This document shows, piece by piece, positions 10,410-20,582 of a stretch of DNA of 64,000 nucleotides. Position numbers and translations under genes: made by a program. The notes under the pieces are model-generated. The model had not been told where the DNA came from, ran no database searches, and saw nothing but the letters and a program-made list of their open reading frames with translations. Within the stretch, counting starts at the first letter, position 1; each line of letters starts with the position of its first letter. The DNA is from an uncultured Clostridia bacterium (GTDB taxonomy: Bacteria > Bacillota > Clostridia > TANB77 > CAG-508). Where the stretch lies: assembly GCA_934121885.1 (NCBI GenBank), contig CAKOVH010000001.1:143825-207824 (forward strand), given 5' to 3'.

Positions 10410-11732
10410 CTATAATAATTCTATATTATCTCTATTTTTTTCATTCTTCATTGCGTTTCTTGTATCAAAAATTGCTTTTGCATTCTTTGCAATCATATCA
10501 TAATCAAAGTTACTATGAGCTGCTGTAAATATGACTAAATCAGCATCTTGAACTTTCTTTTCATCAATACATACTAATCCTTTATGAATTTCTCCTTTAT
10601 ACTTATATTCACTAATCCATGGGTCATAAAATTCAACATTTGCTCCTTCTTTTTGTAATACTTCAATTACTCTTAATGCTGGACTTTCTCTATAATCATC
10701 TATATCGTTTTTATATGCTACTCCAAGAACTAATACTTTTGCACCATTCATCGCCTTTTTAAATCTTGTGCTAAGCATTTTACTTGCTCTTTCAACACAA
10801 TATTCAGGCATTCTATCATTAATTATTCCTGATGCTTGTATCAAAGATGTATGGAATCCATATTCTCTTGCCTTCCAATCTAAATAATATGGATCAAGTG
10901 GTATGCAATGTCCTCCTAATCCTGGACCTGGATAAAATGCTTGGAAACCATATGGTTTTGTTTTTGCAGCATCTACAACTTCCCATAAACTAATCCCCAT
11001 TTTCTCACATAACATTGCTAATTCATTAACTAAACCTATATTAATGTTTCTATATGTATTCTCAAGTATTTTTTCCATTTCAGCAACTGCAGGAGAAGAC
11101 ACTTCATAAATATCTGCACCTAAAACAGCTCTGTACATTTTAGCAATTACTTCTGTTGCATCTTTACCAATTGCTCCTACTACTTTTGGTGTATTTTTTG
11201 TTTTATAAACTAGATTTCCTGGATCTACTCTTTCTGGTGAAAATCCTAAATAGAAATCCTCTCCACATTTTAAACCTGAGTTCTCTTCTAATATTGGTTT
11301 AAGTAGTTCTTCTGTTGTTCCCGGATAAGTGGTTGATTCTAAGACTACCATAGTTTCTGGTTTTAGATATTTAGAAACAGCTCTTGTACTGCTTTCAACA
11401 AAGCTTATATCTGGTTGTTGATGCTCATCTAGTGGAGTTGGTACACAAATTGCAATAAAATCAACATCTTTAATAAATGAAAAGTCTGTTGTTGCTGATA
11501 GCATTCCATTATCTACTAATTTTTTTAGATCTTCATCTACTACATCTCCTATATAATTATGACCCTCATTAACTAATTTAACTTTTGATTCTTGCACATC
11601 AAATCCTATTGTTTTAAATCCTGCCTTTGCTTTTTCAACAGCAAGTGGTAAACCAACATATCCTAATCCTACAACTCCAACAGTAATTTCCTTATTTTCA
11701 ATTTTTTTAATTAAATTTTCTTTCATTCCCAT
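10410..11732 (-). CDS. UDP-N-acetyl-D-glucosamine/mannosamine 6-dehydrogenase (WbpA/WecC/Cap5O-like nucleotide-sugar dehydrogenase)
   Basis: The VGVVGLGYVGLPLAV Rossmann motif, GFHTSLI...GGHCIP catalytic-Cys region, and 440 aa. Confidence 0.85.
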   Translation of the reverse strand: MGMKENLIKKIENKEITVGVVGLGYVGLPLAVEKAKAGFKTIGFDVQESKVKLVNEGHNYIGDVVDEDLKKLVDNGMLSATTDFSFIKDVDFIAICVPTPLDEHQQPDISFVESSTRAVSKYLKPETMVVLESTTYPGTTEELLKPILEENSGLKCGEDFYLGFSPERVDPGNLVYKTKNTPKVVGAIGKDATEVIAKMYRAVLGADIYEVSSPAVAEMEKILENTYRNINIGLVNELAMLCEKMGISLWEVVDAAKTKPYGFQAFYPGPGLGGHCIPLDPYYLDWKAREYGFHTSLIQASGIINDRMPEYCVERASKMLSTRFKKAMNGAKVLVLGVAYKNDIDDYRESPALRVIEVLQKEGANVEFYDPWISEYKYKGEIHKGLVCIDEKKVQDADLVIFTAAHSNFDYDMIAKNAKAIFDTRNAMKNEKNRDNIELL

Positions 11733-11755
11733 ATTTTTATACTTCCTTTCAAATT

Positions 11756-12334
11756 TTAAACTTGTTTTACTATATTGTTTTCTATTTTATATGTTTTTCC
11801 ACATTTAGGACATTCAAAACTATTATTTTGAAAATTCATTTTTTCTGAACACTCACACACATAATACTTAATTCTAGCAGGATTTCCCATTACTAGTGCA
11901 TAATCTGGTACATCCTTTGTTACAACTGCTCCTGCAGCCACAAATGCATATTTTCCAATATTATGACCACATACAATCGTCGCATTAGCTCCTATAGAAG
12001 CTCCTTTACCTATAATCGTTTTTCTATATTCGTCTTTTCTTGATATAAAGCTTCTTGGATTTATAACATTTGTAAATACACAAGATGGTCCCAAAAATAC
12101 ATCGTCTTCACAAACAACTCCGGTATAAACAGAAACATTGTTTTGAATTTTTACACCATTTCCAAGTACAACATCGGGAGATATTACAACATTTTGACCA
12201 ATATTACAATTTTCTCCTATCTTGCAATTAGACATAATGTGTGAAAAGTGCCATATTTTAGTTCCTTTACCTATTTCACATGGACTATCAACATAACTTG
12301 ATTCATGTATGAAATAGTTTTCACAATTACTCAT
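11756..12334 (-). CDS. Hexapeptide-repeat N-acetyltransferase (WbpD-like) with a C-terminal CxxC...CxxC zinc ribbon
   Basis: Left-handed beta-helix repeats (IGENCNIGQNVVISPDVVLGNGVKIQNNV...). The start is MSNCENYF with a GGAAAGGAAG RBS. The upstream MERKCII extension was rejected. Confidence 0.75.
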   Translation of the reverse strand: MSNCENYFIHESSYVDSPCEIGKGTKIWHFSHIMSNCKIGENCNIGQNVVISPDVVLGNGVKIQNNVSVYTGVVCEDDVFLGPSCVFTNVINPRSFISRKDEYRKTIIGKGASIGANATIVCGHNIGKYAFVAAGAVVTKDVPDYALVMGNPARIKYYVCECSEKMNFQNNSFECPKCGKTYKIENNIVKQV

Positions 12335-12367
12335 TATTATACACTTCCTTTCCATATATCTATTTAT

Positions 12368-13507
12368 CTATTTTCTGTTTTCCTTTATGATTGAACATAT
12401 TTTTTCACTTATTTCTTCTATTTGCTTTTCATTCATATATGGATGCATTGGTAAACTCAAAACACATTTGCTTAATCTTTCTGACACTTTTAAATCTTCT
12501 AGATTAAAATCATAGTCTTTATACACAATTTGTTTATGAAGTGGTATTGGATAATATACCATTGTTGGTATTCCACTTTCCTTTAATTTTTCTTGTAACA
12601 TATTTCTTTCTTCTTCATCTTCTAAAATTAGAGTATACTGTGCCCAACTGCTAACATATCCGTCTGGTACATATGGCGTCTTTACTATTTTATCTAATTT
12701 TTCTGTATACATTTTTGCAAATTTATTTCTATCTTCTAATTCATAACTTTCAAAAGCAGCTAACTTTGGCAATAATATAGCAGCCTGGATTGTATCTAAT
12801 CTCGAATTAAGACCTACTCTTATATTTTCATATTTGTATGAACCTTTTCCATGTACCCTAACTGATAATATTTTTTTATATATTTCTTCATCATCTGTAA
12901 ATATTGCTCCACCATCTCCATAACATCCTAATGGCTTAGCTGGGAAGAAAGATGTTGTTGATATATCTCCAAAGGAACATGCCTTTCTTTTACCTATTGA
13001 ACCTCCAAATCCTTGAGCTGCATCCTCCACAACTTTAAGCCCGTACTTTTCTGCAATCCTTAGAATTTCATTAAAATTTGCCGTTTGTCCAAACAAATCA
13101 ACTGCTGTTATTAATTTAGGTGTTAGTTTTCCCTCTTGTATAACCTTTTTTATTGTGTTTTCTAATTTTTCAGGATTCATATTAAAAGTTCTTTCATCTA
13201 CATCAACAAATATTGGTGTAGCACCTTCTAATGATACAACCTCAGCTGTTGAATAAAATGTAAAGGTTGGCACAAATACAGCATCTCCAGCTTTTAAATC
13301 AAACATTTTCATTGCAATCGTCAATGCATCTGTTCCATTAGCACATGTAGCACAATACTTTCTCCCAACATATTTAGCTAATTTTTCTTCTAATGTTTTT
13401 ACTTCTTCTCCCATAATGTAATTAGCATTGTTTAATACATTTTTTATATTTTCATCAATTTGATCTTTTAATTTAGCATATTGTGCTTTTAAATCTATAA
13501 ATTCCAT
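12368..13507 (-). CDS. DegT/DnrJ/EryC1/StrS family PLP aminotransferase (WbpE-like, 3-oxo-sugar aminotransferase)
   Basis: MEFIDLKAQY... start with an AGGAG RBS, GTDAL motif and conserved Lys region. It overlaps the upstream gene's stop. Confidence 0.85.
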   Translation of the reverse strand: MEFIDLKAQYAKLKDQIDENIKNVLNNANYIMGEEVKTLEEKLAKYVGRKYCATCANGTDALTIAMKMFDLKAGDAVFVPTFTFYSTAEVVSLEGATPIFVDVDERTFNMNPEKLENTIKKVIQEGKLTPKLITAVDLFGQTANFNEILRIAEKYGLKVVEDAAQGFGGSIGKRKACSFGDISTTSFFPAKPLGCYGDGGAIFTDDEEIYKKILSVRVHGKGSYKYENIRVGLNSRLDTIQAAILLPKLAAFESYELEDRNKFAKMYTEKLDKIVKTPYVPDGYVSSWAQYTLILEDEEERNMLQEKLKESGIPTMVYYPIPLHKQIVYKDYDFNLEDLKVSERLSKCVLSLPMHPYMNEKQIEEISEKICSIIKENRK

Positions 13508-13523
13508 AATACTTTTCTCCTTA

Positions 13524-14600
13524 CTAATTAAATCTTCCTGTAAAATCCATTGTAGAGCATTTATCAAGTGGTAATTTTACTGGTCTTCCATCGGCAGCTG
13601 ACTTATATATAGCTAAGACCATCTCTAAAGCTCTCTTTCCTGCTTCAGCATCAACTAATGGTTTTGTATGATTTTGAATAGCCTCAATTACATTTTTATA
13701 TAATGGAGTATGACCAAATCCATAAACATTCTTTGGCATTTCACTATTTTTTTCTTTTATTTCTTCTGAACTTTCATTTTGATTTTCAAAGTTCCATTCC
13801 TCTATTATATTAACAGACTTTCCTCCTGCTTTAACAGTTCCTTTTTGACCAAATAGATACAATGTTTCTTCTAAATTTTTAGGATATATATCAGTTGTTC
13901 CTTCTATAATTCCGTAAGAGCCATTTTTAAACTTTACAATAGCCATTCCTAAATCTTCTGCTTGTATATAATCATGTTTTAAATTATCCGTATATGCACA
14001 AACCTCTGTCACTTCATCCCCCATCATCCATCTAAGCAAATCTATGTTATGAATACATTGATTCATTAGGGCTCCACCGTCTTGTTCCCAAGTACCTCTC
14101 CAAGGTGCTTGAGTATAATAATCCTTTCCTCTATTCCATCTAATATGTGCTGTTCCATATAGCATTTTACCAAAATCACCATTTTCAACAGCTTGTCTTA
14201 TTTTTTGTATTGACTTATTAAATCTATTTTGATGATTAGCACATACCACTAATCCTTTTTCCTTTGCCTTTGCAATAATTTTATCAGCATCTTCTAGCGA
14301 TAATGCAATTGGCTTTTCGATAATAACATTGCATCCTTTTTCTAGGCAATCAAGTGCTATTTTAGCGTGTTTACCACTTTCTGTTGCAATTGCTACCAAT
14401 TCAGGTCTTTCATTTTCTATCATTTCATTATAATCAGTATACTTTTTATAATTCTTGTCATTCATTCCCAACTTTTCTAATAAATTATCCATATTTTGAG
14501 GTATAATATCACAAATCCCAACTACCTCCAATTTATTATTTACTGCAGCTTCTAAGTGATTTGGTGATATTCTTCCACATCCAATTAACGCATATTTCAT
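13524..14600 (-). CDS. Gfo/Idh/MocA family oxidoreductase (WbpB-like UDP-GlcNAcA 3-dehydrogenase)
   Basis: MKYALIGCGRIS NAD-binding N-terminus. 358 aa. Context between the transferase and aminotransferase. Confidence 0.85.
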   Translation of the reverse strand: MKYALIGCGRISPNHLEAAVNNKLEVVGICDIIPQNMDNLLEKLGMNDKNYKKYTDYNEMIENERPELVAIATESGKHAKIALDCLEKGCNVIIEKPIALSLEDADKIIAKAKEKGLVVCANHQNRFNKSIQKIRQAVENGDFGKMLYGTAHIRWNRGKDYYTQAPWRGTWEQDGGALMNQCIHNIDLLRWMMGDEVTEVCAYTDNLKHDYIQAEDLGMAIVKFKNGSYGIIEGTTDIYPKNLEETLYLFGQKGTVKAGGKSVNIIEEWNFENQNESSEEIKEKNSEMPKNVYGFGHTPLYKNVIEAIQNHTKPLVDAEAGKRALEMVLAIYKSAADGRPVKLPLDKCSTMDFTGRFN

Positions 14601-14620
14601 TTTTTCATTTCCTCCTTATT

Positions 14621-15307
14621 TTAAAAAATTGTTTTAAAACATACTTTTATATCTTCTATAATATTAAATTTCTTTATGTACTCTAAATTCCATTTCATCT
14701 TTTCAGGTAATATTCTTTGTACATAAATATCATCAACTTTTTCGCCTTTATTTAAATATTGGCTTATCATTTCATCTTCATCTTTGTACTCAATACTGGC
14801 TCTTGATGAAATTCCTGCTGGCATAAGCAAAGTTGCTTTCATTTCGTCTGTGTATTTATTTACATACTTTTCTACTTCTGGTCTTGTTCCTACAAATGAC
14901 ATTTCACCTTTTAAAACATTTATGAGTTGTGGGAATTCATCTAATCTGCATTTACGTATTTTACTTCCAACTCTTGTTATTCTTGGATCTTCGCCAATAG
15001 TAACTAAAGCTCCCTTTTTATCTGCATCTTGTACCATTGTTCTAAATTTAAATATTCTAAATTTTTTACCATATCTAGTTATTCTCTCTTGCCTATAAAA
15101 TACTGGACCTTTTGAATCAATTTTTATTGCTATTGCTAAAATAAGCATAATAGGAGATAAGATAATTAATAAAATTAATGATGCTATAATATCAAACAAT
15201 CTCTTTACTATAAGGCTTATTTTTTTATGTGAAAGAATATTATAATATTCTTTCACTTTTTCATTTTTCATATTTTCTGGCAAGTTTTCATATTTTTTAA
15301 ATATCAT
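14621..15307 (-). CDS. Initiating sugar phosphotransferase (PglC/WcaJ C-terminal-type bacterial sugar transferase)
   Basis: KRLFDIIASL...GPVFYRQERITRYGKKFRIFKFRTM...DEFPQLINVLKGEMSFVGTRP. Its ATGA start overlaps the upstream stop. Confidence 0.85.
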   Translation of the reverse strand: MIFKKYENLPENMKNEKVKEYYNILSHKKISLIVKRLFDIIASLILLIILSPIMLILAIAIKIDSKGPVFYRQERITRYGKKFRIFKFRTMVQDADKKGALVTIGEDPRITRVGSKIRKCRLDEFPQLINVLKGEMSFVGTRPEVEKYVNKYTDEMKATLLMPAGISSRASIEYKDEDEMISQYLNKGEKVDDIYVQRILPEKMKWNLEYIKKFNIIEDIKVCFKTIF

Positions 15308-16521
15308 TTTGTATATTCTCCAACAATCTCTTTAAAGTTTTCTATAATATATTCAACTTGTTCATCAGTTAATTTACTATATAGTGGTAAAGTAATTTCA
15401 TTTCTGTAGAAATCGTATGCATTAGGATAATTTGCAATGTCAAATCCTAACTTTTTGTAAGCTGTTAGCATTGGTAATGGCTTATAATGTACATTACATG
15501 CTATTCCTCTTTCTGCCATTTTTATAATAATTTCATTTCTTTGTTTTTCATCAATACCTTTTATTCTTGTAATATATAAATGTCCTGATGATCTATGATT
15601 TTCATCTTTATGGTTTAGTACAGTTATTGGTAAATCTTTAAAAGCCTCATTATATTTTGATATAATTTGATGTCTTCTTTCTACTAATTTTGGATATCTT
15701 GCAATTTGTGCAAGTCCTATTCCTGCCATTATGTCAGTCATATTACATTTGTAATATGTATCAACGATATCGTATTCCCATGCACCTAGTGCATTTTTAT
15801 GTAGTGCATCTTTTGTTTGTCCATGTAATGATAATAATTGATATTGTTTGTAGATTGCTTCATTATCTAAACCTTCTTTATTTTTCCAAACTGCAGCGCC
15901 ACCTTCTCCTGTTGTTAGATTTTTAACTGCGTGAAATGAAAATGTTGTAAAGTCAGCAAATTCTCCTGACATCTTTCCATCTTTTTTAGCACCAAAACCA
16001 TGTGCACTATCTGCAACTACAATTATTCTGTTATATATTTTTTGTATATCATTATTTGCTTTAAATAATTTTTTCTTTTCCTCTACAATTTTAAATATTT
16101 TGTCATAATCACACAAAATTCCAGCCACATCTACAGGTATAATTACTTTTGTTTTTTCTGTAATTGCATTTGCTAATTTTTCATAATCCATTTCAAAAGA
16201 ATCTTTTTGTGTATCTACTAATACAATTTTTGCTCCTACATGAGCTATAGGACTTGCTGAAGCTGTATATGTATAACTTGAAGTTATTACTTCATCCCCT
16301 TCACCTATTCCTAATATTCTTAATGTTAATTCTAATGCAGCTGTTGCAGAATTTAAGCATACTGCCTTTTCTGTATTGCATAATTGTGCTATTTCTTTTT
16401 CGAATTGCTTTGTTTTTGGACCTGTTGTAATCCATCCAGATTTTAAAGCATCAATCACATTATTAATTTCTTCTTCACCAATATCTGGTGGAGAAAATGG
16501 TATATTCATTTTCACACTCAT
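15304..16521 (-). CDS. DegT/DnrJ/EryC1/StrS family aminotransferase (PglE-like, UDP-4-keto-6-deoxy-sugar 4-aminotransferase)
   Basis: MSVKMNIPFSPPDIGEEEI... start with a GGAGG RBS. The GTG-start extension in the track was rejected. Confidence 0.85.
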   Translation of the reverse strand: MSVKMNIPFSPPDIGEEEINNVIDALKSGWITTGPKTKQFEKEIAQLCNTEKAVCLNSATAALELTLRILGIGEGDEVITSSYTYTASASPIAHVGAKIVLVDTQKDSFEMDYEKLANAITEKTKVIIPVDVAGILCDYDKIFKIVEEKKKLFKANNDIQKIYNRIIVVADSAHGFGAKKDGKMSGEFADFTTFSFHAVKNLTTGEGGAAVWKNKEGLDNEAIYKQYQLLSLHGQTKDALHKNALGAWEYDIVDTYYKCNMTDIMAGIGLAQIARYPKLVERRHQIISKYNEAFKDLPITVLNHKDENHRSSGHLYITRIKGIDEKQRNEIIIKMAERGIACNVHYKPLPMLTAYKKLGFDIANYPNAYDFYRNEITLPLYSKLTDEQVEYIIENFKEIVGEYTK

Positions 16522-16537
16522 TTTTTCCTCCACATTA

Positions 16538-18421
16538 TTAATCATTTTTTTTAATATTATTAACCTCTTCTGGATCTTTAAATGTTGGTACAACACTTTT
16601 TAGTGTTTCTTTAACATGTTCTCTAGAATAATTTTCATCATATTCTAATGTTTCAAGCTTATCTAATTTTTCTTGTAGTTCTTCCATTTCCAAATGCATT
16701 GGTTCTGTAACAAATATTTTTTCATGTTTTGTTGCAGTTAATCCTTCCTCTGACATTAATATTTCTTCATATAATTTTTCGCCAGGTCTTAATCCTGTTA
16801 TTTGAATTGGTATATCTACATTTGGTTCATATCCTAAAAGCTTAATTACATTTACTGCTAAATCATATATTTTAACAGGTTCTCCCATATCTAGTACGAA
16901 TATTTCTCCACCTTTTGCATATGTAACTGCTTGTAATATTAATTGCACAGCTTCAGGAATTGTCATAAAGAATCTTGTAATATCTTTGTGTGTTACTGTT
17001 ACTGGTCCACCTTTTGCTATTTGCTTTTTAAATAGTGGAATAACAGACCCGTTACTTCCAAGTACATTTCCAAATCTTACTGCTGCATATTCTGTTTTGC
17101 TTAATTTGTTCTTGGCTTGAACTATCATTTCGCAAACTCTTTTTGTCGCCCCCATTATATTTGTTGGGTTAACAGCTTTATCTGTAGAAATTAGTATAAA
17201 CTTTTCTACCTCAAATTCATCTGCACAATTTACTACATTATATGTTCCAAATACATTATTTTTTATTGCCTCTAATGGGTTATTTTCCATTAATGGAACA
17301 TGTTTATGTGCTGCTGCATGGAAAACTATTTCTGGCTTATATTCTTTAAATACTTCTTCTAATCTATCTTTATCTCTAACACTTGCAACAACAGCATCTA
17401 TACTTGCTTTTGGATATGCTGATTTTAGTTCTACTTCTATATCGTATAAGTTATTTTCATAAATATCTAATATTACTAATCTTTTTGGTTCGTATTTTAT
17501 AATTTGTCTGCATAATTCTGAACCTATTGAACCACCGCCGCCAGTAACAAGCACTACTTTATTTTTTATTAATGAATGAATATTTTTGTTATCTAAATGT
17601 ATCGCGTCTCTTCCTAGTAAATCTTCTATTTCTATATCTCTTAGACTATTTATTGCACCTTGTTTATCTATTACTTCTTCTGTAGTTGGAAGTACTCTTG
17701 TTTTTACACCTGTTTCTTGGCATATTTCAATAATTTTCTTTCTTGATGCTGGGTCTATTTTATTTATTGCAAAGAAAATAATATCAACATCATTTTCTGA
17801 TACTACTTTTGGAATATCATATCTTGTTCCTAAAACTTTAACACCAAGAATATAGTGATTTAGTTTACTCATATCATCATCTATAATTCCAACTATATTA
17901 TATTTATTTCTCATTGAATTTTTTACAGCAATTACAATTTCTCTTGCACCCATTCCTGCACCGATAATTAATAAATTGCTTATTTTTTTCTTTTCTACTG
18001 TTTGCTTATCTTTCTCTTTTTTATCCATTCTTCTGCTTAATATAGATCTTCCTGCTAATCTATACATTACAAATGTTCCTGCAATAAGCACACCTGATAA
18101 AATATTTAATTTTGGATTAATATATTTTAAATGAAATATTAAATCAAGACCAGAAAGAATAGTAACTGCAAAGAATGCACTAATAATATAATTTACATAG
18201 TCTTTTCCAACTTCGTATCTCATCATATTTTGATACATATGAAAGATATTTAGGAATATTTCATATACAGCAATTGCAAGTACGATTTCCTTTATAAAAT
18301 CTGTTACATTATCTATATTAATATCCAAGAAAATCATTGATATTAAGTAAATTCCTATTATTATACAAATATCTATTAATATAAGAAATATGTTTCTATT
18401 TCTCTTTACAATTTCAATCAT
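16538..18421 (-). CDS. Membrane-bound UDP-GlcNAc 4,6-dehydratase (CapD/PglF/WbpM family polysaccharide biosynthesis protein). First gene of the operon.
   Basis: Four N-terminal TM helices, then the LVTGGGGSIGSEL Rossmann motif and VFHAAAHKHVP. 627 aa. Confidence 0.9.
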   Translation of the reverse strand: MIEIVKRNRNIFLILIDICIIIGIYLISMIFLDINIDNVTDFIKEIVLAIAVYEIFLNIFHMYQNMMRYEVGKDYVNYIISAFFAVTILSGLDLIFHLKYINPKLNILSGVLIAGTFVMYRLAGRSILSRRMDKKEKDKQTVEKKKISNLLIIGAGMGAREIVIAVKNSMRNKYNIVGIIDDDMSKLNHYILGVKVLGTRYDIPKVVSENDVDIIFFAINKIDPASRKKIIEICQETGVKTRVLPTTEEVIDKQGAINSLRDIEIEDLLGRDAIHLDNKNIHSLIKNKVVLVTGGGGSIGSELCRQIIKYEPKRLVILDIYENNLYDIEVELKSAYPKASIDAVVASVRDKDRLEEVFKEYKPEIVFHAAAHKHVPLMENNPLEAIKNNVFGTYNVVNCADEFEVEKFILISTDKAVNPTNIMGATKRVCEMIVQAKNKLSKTEYAAVRFGNVLGSNGSVIPLFKKQIAKGGPVTVTHKDITRFFMTIPEAVQLILQAVTYAKGGEIFVLDMGEPVKIYDLAVNVIKLLGYEPNVDIPIQITGLRPGEKLYEEILMSEEGLTATKHEKIFVTEPMHLEMEELQEKLDKLETLEYDENYSREHVKETLKSVVPTFKDPEEVNNIKKND

Positions 18422-18627
18422 TATAATTACCCCTTATTTTATCTTAATGCTTTCCGTATTATATATCACATATGATTTAATATCAAGTTTTTTAGACATT
18501 TTTTTACTTTTTTGTGTTATTTTTTTAAGGTAAATTGTATTTAGATTTATTCATATAAAAAACATAGTATTTTTTCTATGTTTATGATATACTACTATTA
18601 TAATTTTTAGTAAGAAAGGAGTTTATT

Positions 18628-18819
18628 ATGTCTTTAGTAAAAGAAAATTTTATTAAAATTCTTGAAACCTTACCTTATGATTTAAATAAAGAAATATATA
18701 ATCGAAGCACAAAAGAACTTTTGCAAGAAATAACTCAACACTATGTAGACGCTTATGGTATTCAAAATTTGTCTGAAAACGACAAAGAATGTATTCAATT
18801 ATTAATTGGAAAATTTTAA
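18628..18819 (+). CDS. Hypothetical small protein (63 aa)
   Basis: Strong AAGGAG RBS 8 nt upstream of the ATG. First of three co-directional small ORFs. Confidence 0.5.
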   Translation: MSLVKENFIKILETLPYDLNKEIYNRSTKELLQEITQHYVDAYGIQNLSENDKECIQLLIGKF

Positions 18820-18839
18820 ATACAAGGAGGAAATTTAAT

Positions 18840-19055
18840 ATGTCAGCAGATGAAATCCCTATGAGAAATGTTATCGACCTTTTTAAAGAAACTAAAGATG
18901 ATGGCACATTTTATAGTAATATTTATAACTTATATGTTGTTATTGGAATTGTTAAAGGAATAAGCAACGTTAAAGATGGAACCTGTATAACATTAGAAGA
19001 ACTTGAAAAAGAAATGGAGGCATTATATGAAAATTATAATAGACGATTTGGCTAG
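18840..19055 (+). CDS. Putative antitoxin (71 aa) of a type II TA pair
   Basis: GGAGG RBS before the ATGTCAGCAGAT start. It overlaps the start of the downstream RelE/ParE-like ORF by about 29 nt. Confidence 0.4.
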   Translation: MSADEIPMRNVIDLFKETKDDGTFYSNIYNLYVVIGIVKGISNVKDGTCITLEELEKEMEALYENYNRRFG

Positions 19056-19371
19056 GCAATCACTTATAGATATATATCATTATAATTATCAATATTCACA
19101 AAAAAATGCGACCGAAACAAATAGAAATATTATAACTCAAATTCATAATTTGGAGCATTCACCATATATTGGAAGATATATCCCAGAAATATATGATAAG
19201 CGATTTCGAGAAATATTATATAAAAGTTCTCGATATTCCGGATATAGAATTATGTATTATATATCAGAAAATACTAATAAAATTTACATATTCAACATCA
19301 TTAATAGCAAACAAAACTTTTATCATTTTCTAAAATTGCATAATTACTTCAAAAATTATTTTCAATTTTAA
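19027..19371 (+). CDS. Type II toxin-antitoxin system RelE/ParE family toxin (putative)
   Basis: MKIIIDDLARQ start with a GGAGG RBS. The C-terminal GYRIMYYISENTNKIYIFNIINSKQ resembles the RelE/ParE core. Confidence 0.5.
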   Translation: MKIIIDDLARQSLIDIYHYNYQYSQKNATETNRNIITQIHNLEHSPYIGRYIPEIYDKRFREILYKSSRYSGYRIMYYISENTNKIYIFNIINSKQNFYHFLKLHNYFKNYFQF

Positions 19372-19429
19372 TTTAAGATCAATTATTTTTAATCTTTTAT
19401 CCAATTTTAAACTACATATTAAGCAAAAA

Positions 19430-19476
19430 ATAAAGACCGCTTAGCCTTTATTATAAAAAGCTTTTCGGTCTTTTAT
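19430..19476. terminator. Bidirectional rho-independent terminator between the convergent TA cassette and galE
   Basis: AAAGACCG...CGGTCTTTT inverted repeat flanked by A/T runs. Confidence 0.5.
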
Positions 19477-19486
19477 TGTATCTAAC

Positions 19487-20485
19487 TTATATATTATTTT
19501 TTGTATATCTCCAAGAATCTTTGCACATCTGCTCTAAGTTTTTAGTTGCTTGCCAACCAAGTTCTTCTTTTGCTTTTGTTGGATCTGCATAATATATTGC
19601 TATATCTCCTGATCTTCTTGGTGCTATTTCATATTTAATTTTTATATTATTTGCCTTTTCAAATGCTTTTACTATATCTAAAACAGAATATCCAATGCCT
19701 GTTCCTAAATTATATGCCACAACCCCTTTAAAATCTCTTACTTTATCTATTGCCTTTAAATGTCCCATTGCTAAATCTACAACATGGATGTAGTCTCTTA
19801 CACCTGTTCCATCTGGAGTATTATAATCATTTCCAAAAACATTTAAATGATCTAATTTTCCGCACGCCACATAATTTATGTATGGCATTAAATTATTAGG
19901 AACCCCGTTAGGGTTTTCCCCAATTTTTCCACTTTCATGTGCGCCTATTGGGTTAAAATATCTTAATAATATAACAGACCAATCATTATCCGACTTTTGA
20001 ACATCAGTTAATATTTGTTCTATCATAAGTTTTGTAGAAGCATATGGATTAGTAGTAGAAAGAGGAAAATCCTCTTTTACCGGAACTGTCTTTGGATTTC
20101 CATATACTGTTGCTGTTGAACTAAACACAATCTTTTTGCATTTAAATTCTTTCATAAGTTCTAGTAAAATTAATGTACCCGTAATATTATTATGATAATA
20201 TTCTATAGGTTTTTCGCATGATTCTCCTACTGCTTTTAATCCTGCAAAATGTATTACTTCACTTATTTCGTTTTCTTCAAATACTTTTCTTAAATTTTCT
20301 TTATCTAATAAATCCACCTTGTAAAATTTAAAATCTTTTCCTGTTATTTCTTTTATTTTGTCACAAACCTCTATTTTACTATTATATAAATTATCAGCTA
20401 TAACTATTTCTTCCCCTCTGTTTAATAGTTCAACACCTGTATGACTTCCTATATAACCTGTTCCACCTGTTACCAATATTGCCAT
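19487..20485 (-). CDS. galE: UDP-glucose 4-epimerase
   Basis: [16 protein letters not shown]...YxxxK...; start has a GGAGG RBS. 332 aa. Confidence 0.9.
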   Translation of the reverse strand: MAILVTGGTGYIGSHTGVELLNRGEEIVIADNLYNSKIEVCDKIKEITGKDFKFYKVDLLDKENLRKVFEENEISEVIHFAGLKAVGESCEKPIEYYHNNITGTLILLELMKEFKCKKIVFSSTATVYGNPKTVPVKEDFPLSTTNPYASTKLMIEQILTDVQKSDNDWSVILLRYFNPIGAHESGKIGENPNGVPNNLMPYINYVACGKLDHLNVFGNDYNTPDGTGVRDYIHVVDLAMGHLKAIDKVRDFKGVVAYNLGTGIGYSVLDIVKAFEKANNIKIKYEIAPRRSGDIAIYYADPTKAKEELGWQATKNLEQMCKDSWRYTKNNI

Positions 20486-20582
20486 ATATTTTACCTCCAT
20501 TTTTTTATTTTGTTATATCAAAATTTTACAAAAATATCAATAAAAAAAGAATAGTTTTTAAGATTTCTCTTATATCTATTCT

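Noticed and set aside
15304-16596. N-terminal extensions given by the track (GTG/TTG or upstream ATG starts) for the PglE-like aminotransferase and for wecB-like, WbpD-like, WbpE-like, fmt, murC, spoVG, nusB, amaP and GNAT
   Set aside because: The internal ATGs have canonical GGAGG/AAGGAG RBSs at 6-10 nt. They match family N-termini and remove overlaps with upstream genes. The extensions lack an RBS.
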